The notes beneath the pieces are model-generated. The model was not told the origin of the DNA. It made no database searches and saw only the letters and a program-made list of their open reading frames with translations. Shown piece by piece: positions 1 to 10,671 of a stretch of DNA of 64,000 nucleotides. The position numbers and the translations under genes were made by a program. Where the stretch lies: NCBI GenBank assembly GCA_000165345.1, contig CM000430.1:320001-384000 (forward strand), given 5' to 3'. The stretch's first letter is position 1. Each line of letters starts with the position of its first letter.

Positions 1-598
1 TAATCCCTCTTATAAATAAAAGTACCGGGCAGAATATTGTTAGAAATAGAACACGTTGAATAACGTTATACCTCAAAATAGTTCCACTTGCAGCGCGTCT
101 AGTTAAATGTGAAACAACTTTTATTCCATAATAGAGCATTGATATTGAGATTGAAATATATGAAATTGCAAGTAAAAACATTGAAATTGAAGCAAAGCTT
201 AAAATATTACTAAAGAGTGAAACTACCATTCCAATAATATATAGCCCATATATTATTGTATTTATTGCGACGAAAAACGAAACCATTTGAGGAGTGCTTA
301 TTAAAATAGAAGTATAGTATACATGGGCCCAAAAAAGTACAACCACTGAGTAAGACGATAAATATACAAGAGATGGCAGTGTTCTCAACAAATCAAGTGA
401 CCATTCTTCGATATTTGTTTCATTTTTTAATAATAATCTGTATTCGCTGACAATTGGCCATGTTAGATCCAAAATGATTATTGAAATTGTCCTTGTTATA
501 TTAGCTAATAAGCAAAGTAAAATGAAACACACCCTTGTACGATGTGATATAGATGACATGCTTGTAAATCTCATCTCTGAATAATATGTCGATTTCAT
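1..598 (-). CDS. Multi-pass membrane protein, partial. The start codon is inside the window and the 3' end lies beyond the window start.
   Basis: ATG at 598-596 on the minus strand, directly preceded in frame by TAA. About 199 codons remain open to position 1 (MKSTYYSEMRFTSMSSISHRTRVCFILLCLL...). There are several hydrophobic helices (LVYLSSYSVVVLFWAHVYY, IYGLYIIGMVVSLF, ISMFLLAISYISISISMLYY). It is absent from the ORF track because no stop codon falls inside the window. I did not recognise a family. Confidence 0.5.
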   Translation of the reverse strand, partial: MKSTYYSEMRFTSMSSISHRTRVCFILLCLLANITRTISIIILDLTWPIVSEYRLLLKNETNIEEWSLDLLRTLPSLVYLSSYSVVVLFWAHVYYTSILISTPQMVSFFVAINTIIYGLYIIGMVVSLFSNILSFASISMFLLAISYISISISMLYYGIKVVSHLTRRAASGTILRYNVIQRVLFLTIFCPVLLFIRGI

Positions 599-810
599 CT
601 TTAATGCTTGTTGTAATATTACTACATCAAGAGTAATAAATAAAATCAAATCTATTGTATAAAATAATATCATCTATATAATTAAGAACTATATGTTTTT
701 AGATAATGAGAATTTTCAAGCTCCCAGTTTTTCCTAATTTTTGTGTGAAAAATTAATCTTGCAATTAATGCAATTGCAGTGGGTACCGAACATACGTCTC
801 TAACCACCGC

Positions 811-825
811 AAAAAAAAAAAAAAA
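811..825. repeat. A15 homopolymer tract in the divergent promoter between the membrane-protein gene and eIF3e
   Basis: Run of 15 A read directly from the sequence. Confidence 0.9.
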
Positions 826-962
826 GACTTTTAGCCTAATAGAAAACACATAATACCAGGTTGGTTTGAATAACCCGTATGGGTGAGTGTACACTATCTT
901 TATGTACGTTTTGCACTAAGTTTTTATTCGTCAAGATTAAAGGTTAGTGATAGCGCAATTAC

Positions 963-970
963 TTGGCGCG
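963..970. promoter_or_regulatory. E2F-like GC-rich motif TTGGCGCG inside an otherwise AT-rich divergent promoter
   Basis: TTGGCGCG lies 59 bp upstream of the eIF3e ATG. Similar GGCGCC/GCGCGC cores sit upstream of Pus7 (2784-2790), the CorA-like gene (7105-7110), MCM3 (19322-19328) and the ING-like gene (29661-29671). E2F-like motifs of this kind have been described upstream of Cryptosporidium genes. Function here is untested. Confidence 0.3.
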
Positions 971-1028
971 TTGTCTCAATTTATTTTAGTAGGAATAACT
1001 TCTAAATAATAAAGAATTGTTCAAAAAA

Positions 1029-2651
1029 ATGAACACTACAAACAATAATGATATCATGAATGGTGACATCAACAACTTAGTTTCGCCCTATTTGGATTCT
1101 CAAATGTTACTCCATTTGATAAGATGGTTTAGGGAAATGAAGATTTATGATTTGGAATCTCTTAAGGCAGCTGAAATAGATGTTTTAAAAACTACGCATT
1201 TGTATGGTGATATGAATGAATTATATCCTCAGATTTTAGCAGGAGAGTTATCTAACAAGAATTGCACCTTAGAACAGCTAGAATCTATGTCAAAATCTTT
1301 GAGTTCGCTAATAGCCGCACTTAAAAAGTGGAAAGAAACCCATGATGAGTCTAGCAGAAGTTTAAAAAGAAAATCCTTAATTGAACTGCAACAGTGGTAT
1401 TTGGAAAATGATTTCTCGGCTAGCTCATCAAATACTTCAAATAATGATGTTGAAGATACAAACAATGAATCCCAATTATTTCCTTCTAATCCAGTCCAAA
1501 TGTTAATTCGTCTTTCACGCCTATTTTACTTTGCTGGAAAATATAGAGAATCACAAAATACACTGGATATTGTTCTTAAAATTATTCCAGATTGTACCAA
1601 TATTGAAGTTCCATTGATAATGAGGGTAGAGTGCTATTTTGGTTCTATTGCCAACGGTATTGTATCTAATTTGTCAAAATATTCAGATCCTATTGAACCA
1701 GCAGCATATCTTAATTATTTTCAACTAGTTGATGATACATTATCGAGAGAATTTCACAAAATTAATCCAATTCAGGTTTATCTATACAAAAGCTGGCTAG
1801 TGCATTGGTCCCTTTTTCCTCTATTTACTCAATATTTTCGGGAATCATGCTTTTCTACCAATAAATCTTTTACTAATTTAAACGGGCAAAATACTTCAAA
1901 CAATTCGCAAAACACCTCAAATTCAAGCAATAACAATTCTAATTGCTCAAACGTAAATGTTAATACCAATGTTTGGGCTCCATTCCTTGATTGGTTTGCC
2001 TCTGAAAAAAATTTTCAGGTTATTTTAACTGTGTGTCCCCATCTGATAAGATATCTAGCTTGTTTTGGAATAATAATGAGGCGAAATAAAGATATTTTGG
2101 ATAATATTGTAAACATCATTACATTGAATAGAGATAAATATAAAGATCTTTTTACAGAACTAATTTTCAATCTACTCGTAAACTTCGATTTTGAAGCTTC
2201 TCAGAAGATACTTAATAGCTTTAGTTCAGTGACTGAGAATGATTTCTTCTTAAACCCATTACAAAAATATATTGAGGAAAACGCAAGGCTGCTCATTTTT
2301 GAAATATATTGTAGAATACACAAATCAATTGACCTTAACGTAATATCTAATGAATTATCTATGACTAGCATTGAGGCTGAGCGCTGGATAGTAAATTTGA
2401 TTAGAAATGTTCATCTTGACGGAAAACTCGATTATGAGCATAATCGAGTTGAAATGATTGATAGGAGTAATAATCCGTCTCAATTAGTCTCAGATAAAAC
2501 AAGGAACATACTATTTAGAAGTAATCTACTAATCCAAAACTTAAGCAACAACCCTTCATTCAATTACAACAATTCTCAAAAAAATAAACAAAACTGGAGA
2601 GTACAATCTAATAAACAATCCAATAGATCAGAAAAAAAAGAGCAGATGTGA
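1029..2651 (+). CDS. EIF3E: Eukaryotic translation initiation factor 3 subunit e (eIF3e/Int-6), PCI domain
   Basis: Long collinear match to eIF3e: [88 protein letters not shown] (human: [66 protein letters not shown]). The ORF track starts at a TTG at 1017. The first ATG in frame is 1029. An Asn/Ser-rich insert lies mid-protein. Confidence 0.85.
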   Translation: [540 protein letters not shown]

Positions 2652-2830
2652 TTGATTATAAAATTCTTATTTATACAATCATAAACTCCACTGCTTGTAT
2701 AATTCCTTCTTTAGCTATTCTACCCAATTAATTCGTTTCTTATTTTTTATAATCGGAATACTGCTTTACTTTTCTTAACTTCTGCGCGCGAGATCACCGC
2801 GTTAAAAGATTAATTGTCATTTTATACAAA

Positions 2831-5248
2831 ATGAAACAATCAATCGATAATGAATATGGAATAGATGAATTTAATAGATCACTAGATATTAGATTGAGAG
2901 GAACTATAAAGAAGTATTTTGAGGACTTCCATGTGCGTGAAATACAAAAAAATGGTGATGTTTGCTGTATTTCTTCATTAAGAAATAAACATGAGATAAT
3001 TAAGGAAATTCAAGAAAGAAAAAAGATACTTTCTGGAGATAATATGTTAATCAGCAGTAATGTAACTATAATACCTGAATTAATCAACAATCTAGAGAGC
3101 CTAGGAATATCTCAGTATTGTATTAACAATCTATTAACATTTATTAGTATTTTAGGTGAGATAAAAAAACTCACAAATAACAGCTCATTAGGCAATAGAA
3201 TGTTCAAATTGGATAATAGGGGAAACTTAAAAAGTATTTTTGAATTAAATATCAAGTTATATGGTACCGGCACTAACAATATTAGACCTGAGAATAATTT
3301 ATTACTTAATAATATACATGAGTTTAAAGACAACAAAGATTCAGTAAATGCCCAAAAAGAAAAGAGAAAAAAATTTCATACGCTAATAAAGAAATTTGTA
3401 CCGTTTATTACATCTCGAACTGTTGAAAACTTGAAAAACAACAACATTTTGTATCAAGATAAATCATTTCACTATAAAGATATTTCTATTTCGAATGAAA
3501 TATTTAGTGAAATTTCAAAGTTCTTTAAAGTTGATGAAATAGAATCTGAATGCCTTAAAAGTTTTAACCGGCAAATATTATGTAATGATTGTGATGAGAA
3601 ACAATTTGATATAATTGTTTTGAGGCCATCAAATGACTATATTTACTCATTGCGGAATGTTAGACAAAACACATCTGCAAGTATAGATGAATGCAAAGGT
3701 AATTCAGAAGCAAATGAAATAACACCGGATACTGAACCAGCTTGCAAAAAAAAAAGAATAGAATGTGCTGAATCAAACCTAATTACAGAAAAAAAAGTGG
3801 ATTTATTATTGGGAAGCAACGAAAGGTGGGATCCAAACATTCCAGATTATATTCATTTCACTATTTACAAAGAAAATAGAGACACAGCAGATGCAATCAA
3901 TATGATCTCAAAGTGTTTAAAGAGGAACCATAAATCCTTTGGAATAGCAGGCTTAAAGGATAGGAGAGGCATTACAGTGCAAAGAGCTTCTGCTTACAGA
4001 GTTTTGGAAGATCAATTAATTTATTCTACAGCTTCCAAAAATTGGGATCGCAATATTAGGATTTCAGATTTTAAATATGGAAATGAGCAAATAAATATTG
4101 GTGACCTCAATGGTAACCTCTTTCATGTAATAATTAGAGATTTAGAAATTTTAGATACAAATATACAAAAAGAATCTGGAAATGAAAAGTTAACATTGAA
4201 GATGGTTGACAAATTAATTGGCGATGTTAAATCTTCAGGTTTTATTAATTACTTTGGATTACAAAGATTTGGAACCAGTGAAATTCCTACATATAAGATT
4301 GGGATTTCATTATTAAAGAAGGAATGGAAAAAAGCTTTCTATTTAATTCTTGGATTTGACGAAGAAAAAATGATTAGCTATTCGACAGAAAAAAGAAAAT
4401 TCTATGACCAAATAATAAACGAAGATTTTGAAGAATATCAAAAAAGTCTATCAAATCATTCATATCTAGAGAAATTATTATTAAATGGATTTATTAAAGA
4501 AAAAAAGAAAATTAAAAGCAGCACTAAATGCAAAGCAAAGGAAGATATATATAGAGAAAGTATTAATTTACTACCAAAAAACTCTTATTCCCTTTATATA
4601 CATTCACTACAGTCGCTTTTTTTCAATATAGTTGCAAGCGAGAGAATAAAAAAATTTGGAAGAAATCCAGTAATTGGCGATCTAGTAATAGTTCCAAATT
4701 TAAATAAATATTCTAACAAAAATGAAGATTCAGCATTTAGCGAGAAAAATGTAATCGTATTAGAGAGCCAACTAGAATTGGCAAAGTTCACAATCCAAGA
4801 TGTGGTACTTACTTTACCCGGAGATAATGTTGCTTACCCACCAATCATGAGGGAAAAATATGAAGAACTAATGATGGAATTTATGGGAACAAGTATTCAA
4901 GAGAACTGCATGGGAATAAATGGTACCTATAGGAAGATCTTAGTAGTCCCAGACTATATCAATTATGTGGGGCTTAATATTTCTGAAAAACGAAATGATA
5001 CGAACAAATTTCCAGATTCCAAGGTTATTTTAAGCGACCTTGATATATTAACTATTCATCCCGAACTAACGCAAGAATTGGGAACAAAAGAACCCATATT
5101 ATCACCTGAAGTAATGAGTTACAAATGTGATGATAAAGATGAGAATTCGCAGGTGAACACATTAGTATTTTCATGCATGCTACCAAAATCATCTTATGTA
5201 ACAATGGCGTTGAGAGAGTTTTTGGGAAACTCTCCTTCAGAAAAGTAA
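2831..5248 (+). CDS. PUS7: tRNA pseudouridine synthase, TruD/Pus7 family
   Basis: Contains the TruD-family motif GLKDRRGITVQRAS (catalytic Asp in G-x-KD-x-R) and NYFGLQRFG. The long N-terminal extension and inserts are typical of eukaryotic Pus7. Confidence 0.85.
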   Translation: MKQSIDNEYGIDEFNRSLDIRLRGTIKKYFEDFHVREIQKNGDVCCISSLRNKHEIIKEIQERKKILSGDNMLISSNVTIIPELINNLESLGISQYCINNLLTFISILGEIKKLTNNSSLGNRMFKLDNRGNLKSIFELNIKLYGTGTNNIRPENNLLLNNIHEFKDNKDSVNAQKEKRKKFHTLIKKFVPFITSRTVENLKNNNILYQDKSFHYKDISISNEIFSEISKFFKVDEIESECLKSFNRQILCNDCDEKQFDIIVLRPSNDYIYSLRNVRQNTSASIDECKGNSEANEITPDTEPACKKKRIECAESNLITEKKVDLLLGSNERWDPNIPDYIHFTIYKENRDTADAINMISKCLKRNHKSFGIAGLKDRRGITVQRASAYRVLEDQLIYSTASKNWDRNIRISDFKYGNEQINIGDLNGNLFHVIIRDLEILDTNIQKESGNEKLTLKMVDKLIGDVKSSGFINYFGLQRFGTSEIPTYKIGISLLKKEWKKAFYLILGFDEEKMISYSTEKRKFYDQIINEDFEEYQKSLSNHSYLEKLLLNGFIKEKKKIKSSTKCKAKEDIYRESINLLPKNSYSLYIHSLQSLFFNIVASERIKKFGRNPVIGDLVIVPNLNKYSNKNEDSAFSEKNVIVLESQLELAKFTIQDVVLTLPGDNVAYPPIMREKYEELMMEFMGTSIQENCMGINGTYRKILVVPDYINYVGLNISEKRNDTNKFPDSKVILSDLDILTIHPELTQELGTKEPILSPEVMSYKCDDKDENSQVNTLVFSCMLPKSSYVTMALREFLGNSPSEK

Positions 5249-5283
5249 TTATAATGTCTAATAATATTAATTAAACTTGATAA

Positions 5284-7062
5284 CTATAAATCTATTTTTC
5301 TAAAAGTTGTTAATACAACAATTGCTCCTGCAGCACATAACAAAATTAGTCCCCATGTAATAAACCAAAATAATGCTGGTCCAACTTCTTCAAGTCCATT
5401 TCTAAGGTTCATTCCGAAACAGTCAGCAAAAAAGCCGCAAAAGCCAACAATTGTTGCGATAATTGACAATCCTAAGTCAGCCTTCATAATTGAATTTCTT
5501 AATGAAGAAAGTTCTAGTGTTAATACTTCTAGAGCATCTTCTAAAGATTCCCCTATTGACTCTATTTGTTGCAACATCATTTCTACTTCTTGTGCATAAC
5601 ACTCAAGGACATTTTCTACTTCTTCATGATAAGGAGTGTTTTTTGGGTATTCCCACGCTTCCGGTCTATTCCAATAAAATGAAATCTCAAGTCTTTGCAT
5701 ATCTTCTTCATTACCGAGCATTTCGGTAATTGCCTTGAAAAGTCCTTGAGCAAGCTCTTCTATAGCGTTTAATCTCCTTCTAAGCTCTGAAACTGCGTCT
5801 AACAATCTCCTTGTTTCTCGATTCCTTCCTGGAAAGCTATCAAGTATAAACAATACAGAATCTCTTATTGGCCTGACTTGTCGATTAATAATATTGCATG
5901 ATTCTACTAGAATAGTTTCTAATACCAAATATTCAAATGGAGTTGAACTCTCAATGCCAGAAATATGTTCTAGCTTCCTTAATAATGGAAATCCTTCCTC
6001 AATCCCAGGAGGAATAAACTGACAGTTTTTTGAATATATCTGTTTATCAGATAAACCTTCAATTGGAGTATATTCAATTCCAGTTTTTGGAAAACTGCTA
6101 ACCTTACTTGAATCGAACTGCACTGTCATAGAGTTATCAAAATTTACTTCATTTATAACATCATTTTTACACTGATAATTGCTTGGGGAATTTGGAATAT
6201 CAATTGAAGATAAATAGGGAGCTGGAACTTCGAGTTGTACATCATTAAGCGAGAATGCATTCTTATTAACACAACTATTTTGTTCCTTGAAATCTTCTTT
6301 TTTTTCAGATTTATTATTATTACCACTAGAATAGTTATAGTTGATTCCACTACTTGGATAGTCAAGTGGAGATCTTGAATATCCTGATGCAATTAGCAAA
6401 ACTTTTTGATGAAGAATAATTGCTCTAAAATGCGGTACATTCACTAAAATACAGTTTCTTCTTACTTCAATTGAAGGCCTTTGGCTACTACCCATACTCA
6501 CAACTTGTCTCAAATCACGAAGTTTTAGAGCACCAGGTACAGTATCCTGCAACAAGCATTCTTTGTTGTATGAATGTACCAACCGTAGTAACTCGCCCGT
6601 TTGCAAAAGCAGACATCTTTTATATCCTCTACCAATTTCAAAAGTAATATATTTTCTAGTCTTAGCTTGAATTGCATCCAGAAATTCTCTGCTTCCACCT
6701 AGTTTTTGATCGTTATTATCCATTATTTTATGTCTTTTATTAATATTCATTATTTCTGTGTTTCTTGTCATATTATTTGAGAATAGAAGTGGATTCCCCT
6801 CATCCATTTCGTCATTTACTTTTCGAATGCTGGAAGTTCTTTCGTTTCCATAAAACTGATCAACTACTCTATCCAAAAAGTCAACATTTTCTAACATTTC
6901 TTTTGAAGAGTCCTCGTTTTTTTGCGTTTCTGAATCATAAATTCTATCATCAAATATTTCCATGCTCTCTTCAACAACTATTGAATCCAAATCCTTGCTT
7001 ACAAGGTATGAGGGAGGAGGTTGTTGAATCTCCCTGAAACTTTCGTTGACATTATTTGACAT
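5284..7062 (-). CDS. CorA/Mrs2/Alr1-family Mg2+ transporter
   Basis: C-terminal FGMN signature (FADCFGMNLRNG) is followed by two TM helices (FWFITWGLILLCAAGAIVVL). The large N-terminal soluble region is as in Mrs2/Alr proteins. ATG verified at 7062. Confidence 0.8.
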   Translation of the reverse strand: MSNNVNESFREIQQPPPSYLVSKDLDSIVVEESMEIFDDRIYDSETQKNEDSSKEMLENVDFLDRVVDQFYGNERTSSIRKVNDEMDEGNPLLFSNNMTRNTEIMNINKRHKIMDNNDQKLGGSREFLDAIQAKTRKYITFEIGRGYKRCLLLQTGELLRLVHSYNKECLLQDTVPGALKLRDLRQVVSMGSSQRPSIEVRRNCILVNVPHFRAIILHQKVLLIASGYSRSPLDYPSSGINYNYSSGNNNKSEKKEDFKEQNSCVNKNAFSLNDVQLEVPAPYLSSIDIPNSPSNYQCKNDVINEVNFDNSMTVQFDSSKVSSFPKTGIEYTPIEGLSDKQIYSKNCQFIPPGIEEGFPLLRKLEHISGIESSTPFEYLVLETILVESCNIINRQVRPIRDSVLFILDSFPGRNRETRRLLDAVSELRRRLNAIEELAQGLFKAITEMLGNEEDMQRLEISFYWNRPEAWEYPKNTPYHEEVENVLECYAQEVEMMLQQIESIGESLEDALEVLTLELSSLRNSIMKADLGLSIIATIVGFCGFFADCFGMNLRNGLEEVGPALFWFITWGLILLCAAGAIVVLTTFRKIDL

Positions 7063-7128
7063 GAGCGTTTAATCTTTAGAAATAATAATGTCAAATCTAA
7101 CTTAGGCGCCGTAAAAAAAGTTGATATA

Positions 7129-8340
7129 TTAAAGATACGCCCAATAAATGGACGATTTATCGAATACATTAGAAATAAATTTGATGATCTCTGACTTAGT
7201 ATTAAACCCTAATAAAATTTGTATATGGTCTAGTTTGCTATTCCCATTACAAAGTTGCAGTAATTCCTTTTCAATTCCTGAAAGTTCTTTAGTATCAGCA
7301 AAAATAATCGGAATTTCATGAAGTCTGGTGATTTTTTTGGAAACAACGCCTGCTGCAATGAACTTATAAATACTTTTAATTTTATGTTTTCTAAGCTCTT
7401 TGTGGTATTTTTTTGTGAATGACAACACGTTCCCTTCATTTATACATTCGTTGCACAACTTTCTGTATAAGCCATGTTTGTCCTCGCCACCAATAAATCT
7501 ATATTTGTTTTCTGAAGAAATCATATCAATCATACTTATGAGACCATATAAAACTAAATGTTCCAGACATACAATTACATCTTCAATAGGCAATGAACAA
7601 TACCTTGATATTTCAAAACTAGTATTAACTCCATTTATGTATGGTAGAATTTTAATAAGTGAAAAATCTAAACCTATATGTTTAATATCTGAAATCAATG
7701 TATTTTCGGAAGGGAAAGGAATATCTTCCGGATATATTATTATATTGGATGGAGGTCGTCTAATTCTAAAATTTAATATGCTAGCATCGCCAAACTCAAC
7801 AAACACTTGATGTCTCTTATTAAGTTGTGACCTTACATTCTCAATAACCTCCAGAATGTTCTTCGGAAAGGATGAAATCTCATTATTGTTCTTGGTTACC
7901 TTTTTTAACAAATTGGGAAGGTTCTCAGTATATGTACAATAGTAATAAAGTATTCCACAATCTTCTTCCAAAAGTTTGAATGCCGAACCAAGAGTTCGAG
8001 CAATATGCCTTGAATAGATCTCTTGATAAAAATTATAGGGCTTTTTTTCTACGATAATGCATACTGTGAACTGAAAGCTATTCCTTAAGTACTGACTACC
8101 TTCAATAAATATAGGGACTCCTATTGCTTTCCATCTATTTCCTATTACAAATGAAATCGTTTTCCCAGCAAAGTGAATATCCGGTAGTAGGTACTTTGTT
8201 ATAATTGAATATAGCTGAGATTTCTCAGATCCAAAAATATCTGAAGGGCTACTACAAAGCACAATCGGGCCAAGCTCTTCGTCAAATTTACAGAAAATAA
8301 TAGCCTCTATTTTTGGCCATAATGAAAAATGTGTATTCAT
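7129..8340 (-). CDS. NPRL2: Nitrogen permease regulator 2-like protein (NPRL2, GATOR1 subunit)
   Basis: N-terminus [23 protein letters not shown] matches NPRL2 [49 protein letters not shown] matches [41 protein letters not shown] matches ILPYIDGFRHIQKIS. Confidence 0.7.
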   Translation of the reverse strand: [403 protein letters not shown]

Positions 8341-8627
8341 AACTACTCTGTGTCATTCCGATTGAATAGAGTTATTTATGTTTTATTGCTGTAATACAAA
8401 TAAACTTTAATAGCACAAACTTTTCAGATAAAACCTAAGGCAGATTGAATTTCAAAGGTTGGAATAGAACCAAGCTATTTAACAATGCAAGAGAATAGAA
8501 AATCGTGTTAATAATTACTTTAAGATTGTCAATAATTTAATTTATTCCGCTATATTAAAATTTTGAAATTATAGCGGCAAATGTCAATTTCTGTTGTTTT
8601 AAGAGAATAATCTATCCAATAATAAGA

Positions 8628-9083
8628 ATGGTCTCGTTTGTTTGTGGAAATTGCCAAGATGTACTAAAAAAGAATAAAGTAGATTCTCATTGCGTTGGGA
8701 AATGCCGTGATGCCTGGGAATTCACATGTATTGATTGCAATTTTACTTTCGAGGGCTTCGACTATAAAAGTCATAATAGTTGTATAACAGAAAAAGAAAA
8801 ATACTGTGGTAAATTGGCAAATATTAAGAAACCTGTTCATTATCCAGGAAATAGTTTTGTAGATCGAAAGAAGGAGTTTCAGCTTATTATTGAGAAAATA
8901 CTAAAAAAAAATGGATCTATGAACTGGAAAAAACTAGTCAAAGAATCAATTAAAGAATATATGAATAGCGGAATTAATGATAATATTGAAGATAAAATTC
9001 TTAAATGGGAGTGCCTTGCTGCAATTCCTATTTCCTATACAACGAGTGAATCAAATATGGTTTCATTCAAACAGTCATTTTAG
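8628..9083 (+). CDS. LYAR: LYAR-type C2HC zinc-finger nucleolar protein
   Basis: MVSFVCGNCQDVLKKNKVDSH...CIDCNFTFEGFDYKSHNSCITEKEKYCG is collinear with human LYAR MVFFTCNACGESVKKIQVEKH...CIDCGKDFWGDDYKNHVKCISEDQKYGG. At 151 aa it is shorter than metazoan LYAR. Confidence 0.8.
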   Translation: MVSFVCGNCQDVLKKNKVDSHCVGKCRDAWEFTCIDCNFTFEGFDYKSHNSCITEKEKYCGKLANIKKPVHYPGNSFVDRKKEFQLIIEKILKKNGSMNWKKLVKESIKEYMNSGINDNIEDKILKWECLAAIPISYTTSESNMVSFKQSF

Positions 9084-10636
9084 GATGTTATTTTTTAACC
9101 AATATTGAAGAATAGTTGGAATGTTAAATTGCTGTATAGAGTCACTATATAATTTATGTTGCGTGAATTTTACTGGCGTTGTACTTAATGTACTATATAA
9201 AGCATTAGTTTTGATATTATATACAGGTTCTATTATTCCCATTTTCACCAACATTAGAAAAGATAATTGATATGATTCTTCTGCATGGTCGAGTCTAAGT
9301 CCAGATAAATTAGATTGAACGGAGATATAATTTTTCAGCGAATGTAATTCATTGATTATCTTTTTAAATGTTATATTTGTGACTCCTAATGTTATTAATT
9401 TAATTAATGCAACCAAAATTGTGTGTTGAATTATGCTGAGGGATTCAAATCTTTTCAACTTCAAGCATTCTTGTACCTTTATTCCCTGGTTAAGCAGTCC
9501 AAATTCATTCCTATTTTTTGAAAGTTTTTTTTTGTTGCTAGCTGAGAATATTTTCATAAACTCTTTTATATTACATTGAGGTGAAACTAGTAGAAACTTA
9601 TAAAGGAGATTGGATAAAACTTCGTCTTCCATTTCAAAATCGACTAAAAATTCCCACGACCTTATAACTTCTCTTGATTCCTTATTTTCATCCGCTAAAT
9701 AGGAAAATAAACTGTCTATGGAGTCGTTATATGAATCTATACTTAACTGGTCTATTTCAGAAACTAATCTTTTGTCGATCTTTAACACTTTTGCAGCTTT
9801 ATTTATAATACTTTTTACTCTATCTTGTTTTTTCGTATTTTGTAACTCCTCTAACAAGATTCTTCTTTGAGACATTCTGCTTTTTACTCTTTTTTCGAAG
9901 AAATCTGGTAAGTCAAACATTGATGTACTCAAAATAAGCACTAGGTTAATTTCGGATGAATGCATAATATCTACCAAAGTATATAACGCATACTGCCTAG
10001 AAGAAAACCCAGCCGTATTCGAATTAAAGTAAGAAATATTGGAAGCACCGATTATAATCGGTTCACAATTATCCAATGCGAACACTATTGTGTAGCCACA
10101 TTTTGAAAGCCCAGATAACTTTTCTTTTAAAATTGAAATCTTTTGATGGCCACTAAAAAGCCTCCTATGCATTGGAAAATATTCATTTATACGTTCTAGA
10201 AGAGCTGAGAGTAAAGTATTATCATCATAATTTAAACAATTAAGATGTATTATAATTAATTCGTTAGAAACATTTTCACTTTTCTTTTTATTAAAGTATG
10301 AAGAGAGCAACTTAGTTTTTCCTGCGCATGGTTTACCTATTAGAATGCATGACCTGCTCGTGCTGTTTATCATAATCTGATCAAAAATATTTTCTAGTTG
10401 GTTTGGGATTACTAAACTATTGTCACATCTCGATACTTGGTGTTCTTCCGTCAAGTTTTCGTGCAAATTTAATAAGTAAGTGCGAATTTGTCCTTGTAAA
10501 ACACTTAATAATTTATAAGAATAATTTTTTCCGCAAAACAAATGTTCATAAACCTTTAAAATTTAATTGATATCATTAATAATACAAATCTTAGTTAACT
10601 TACGTCGTTTATATACTTTTCAAGTTTCTTACTCAT
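9075..10636 (-). CDS. ORC4: Origin recognition complex subunit 4 (AAA+ ATPase). Two exons: complement(join(9075..10553,10604..10636)).
   Basis: Walker A GKPCAGKT. FEKRVKSRMSQRRILL matches human ORC4 LEKRVKSRFSHRQIHL. N-terminal LSVLQGQIRTYLL matches LSQVQRILRERF. The ORF-track start at 10541 is a TTG, and the conserved N-terminus has no in-frame ATG. An 11-codon first exon (ATGAGTAAGAAACTTGAAAAGTATATAAACGAC, MSKKLEKYIND) ends at a GTAAGT donor. A 50-nt intron (10554-10603) ends in AAAG and joins in phase 0 to VYEHLFCGKNYSY... Confidence 0.75.
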
Positions 10637-10671
10637 TTCAGCTTCAATTTAGAAATAATAGCCTGAGGAGA

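Noticed and set aside
7400-7810. 136-aa plus-strand ORF, and other 60-115-aa ORFs at 1229-1465, 3112-3336, 5490-5729, 6153-6392, 16686-17033, 24875-25057, 45404-45646 and elsewhere
   Set aside because: They lie antisense or out of frame inside well-supported genes (NPRL2, eIF3e, Pus7, CorA-like, MCM3, EFPP, ArfGAP). The sequences are low-complexity, and chance ORFs of this kind are expected in AT-rich DNA.
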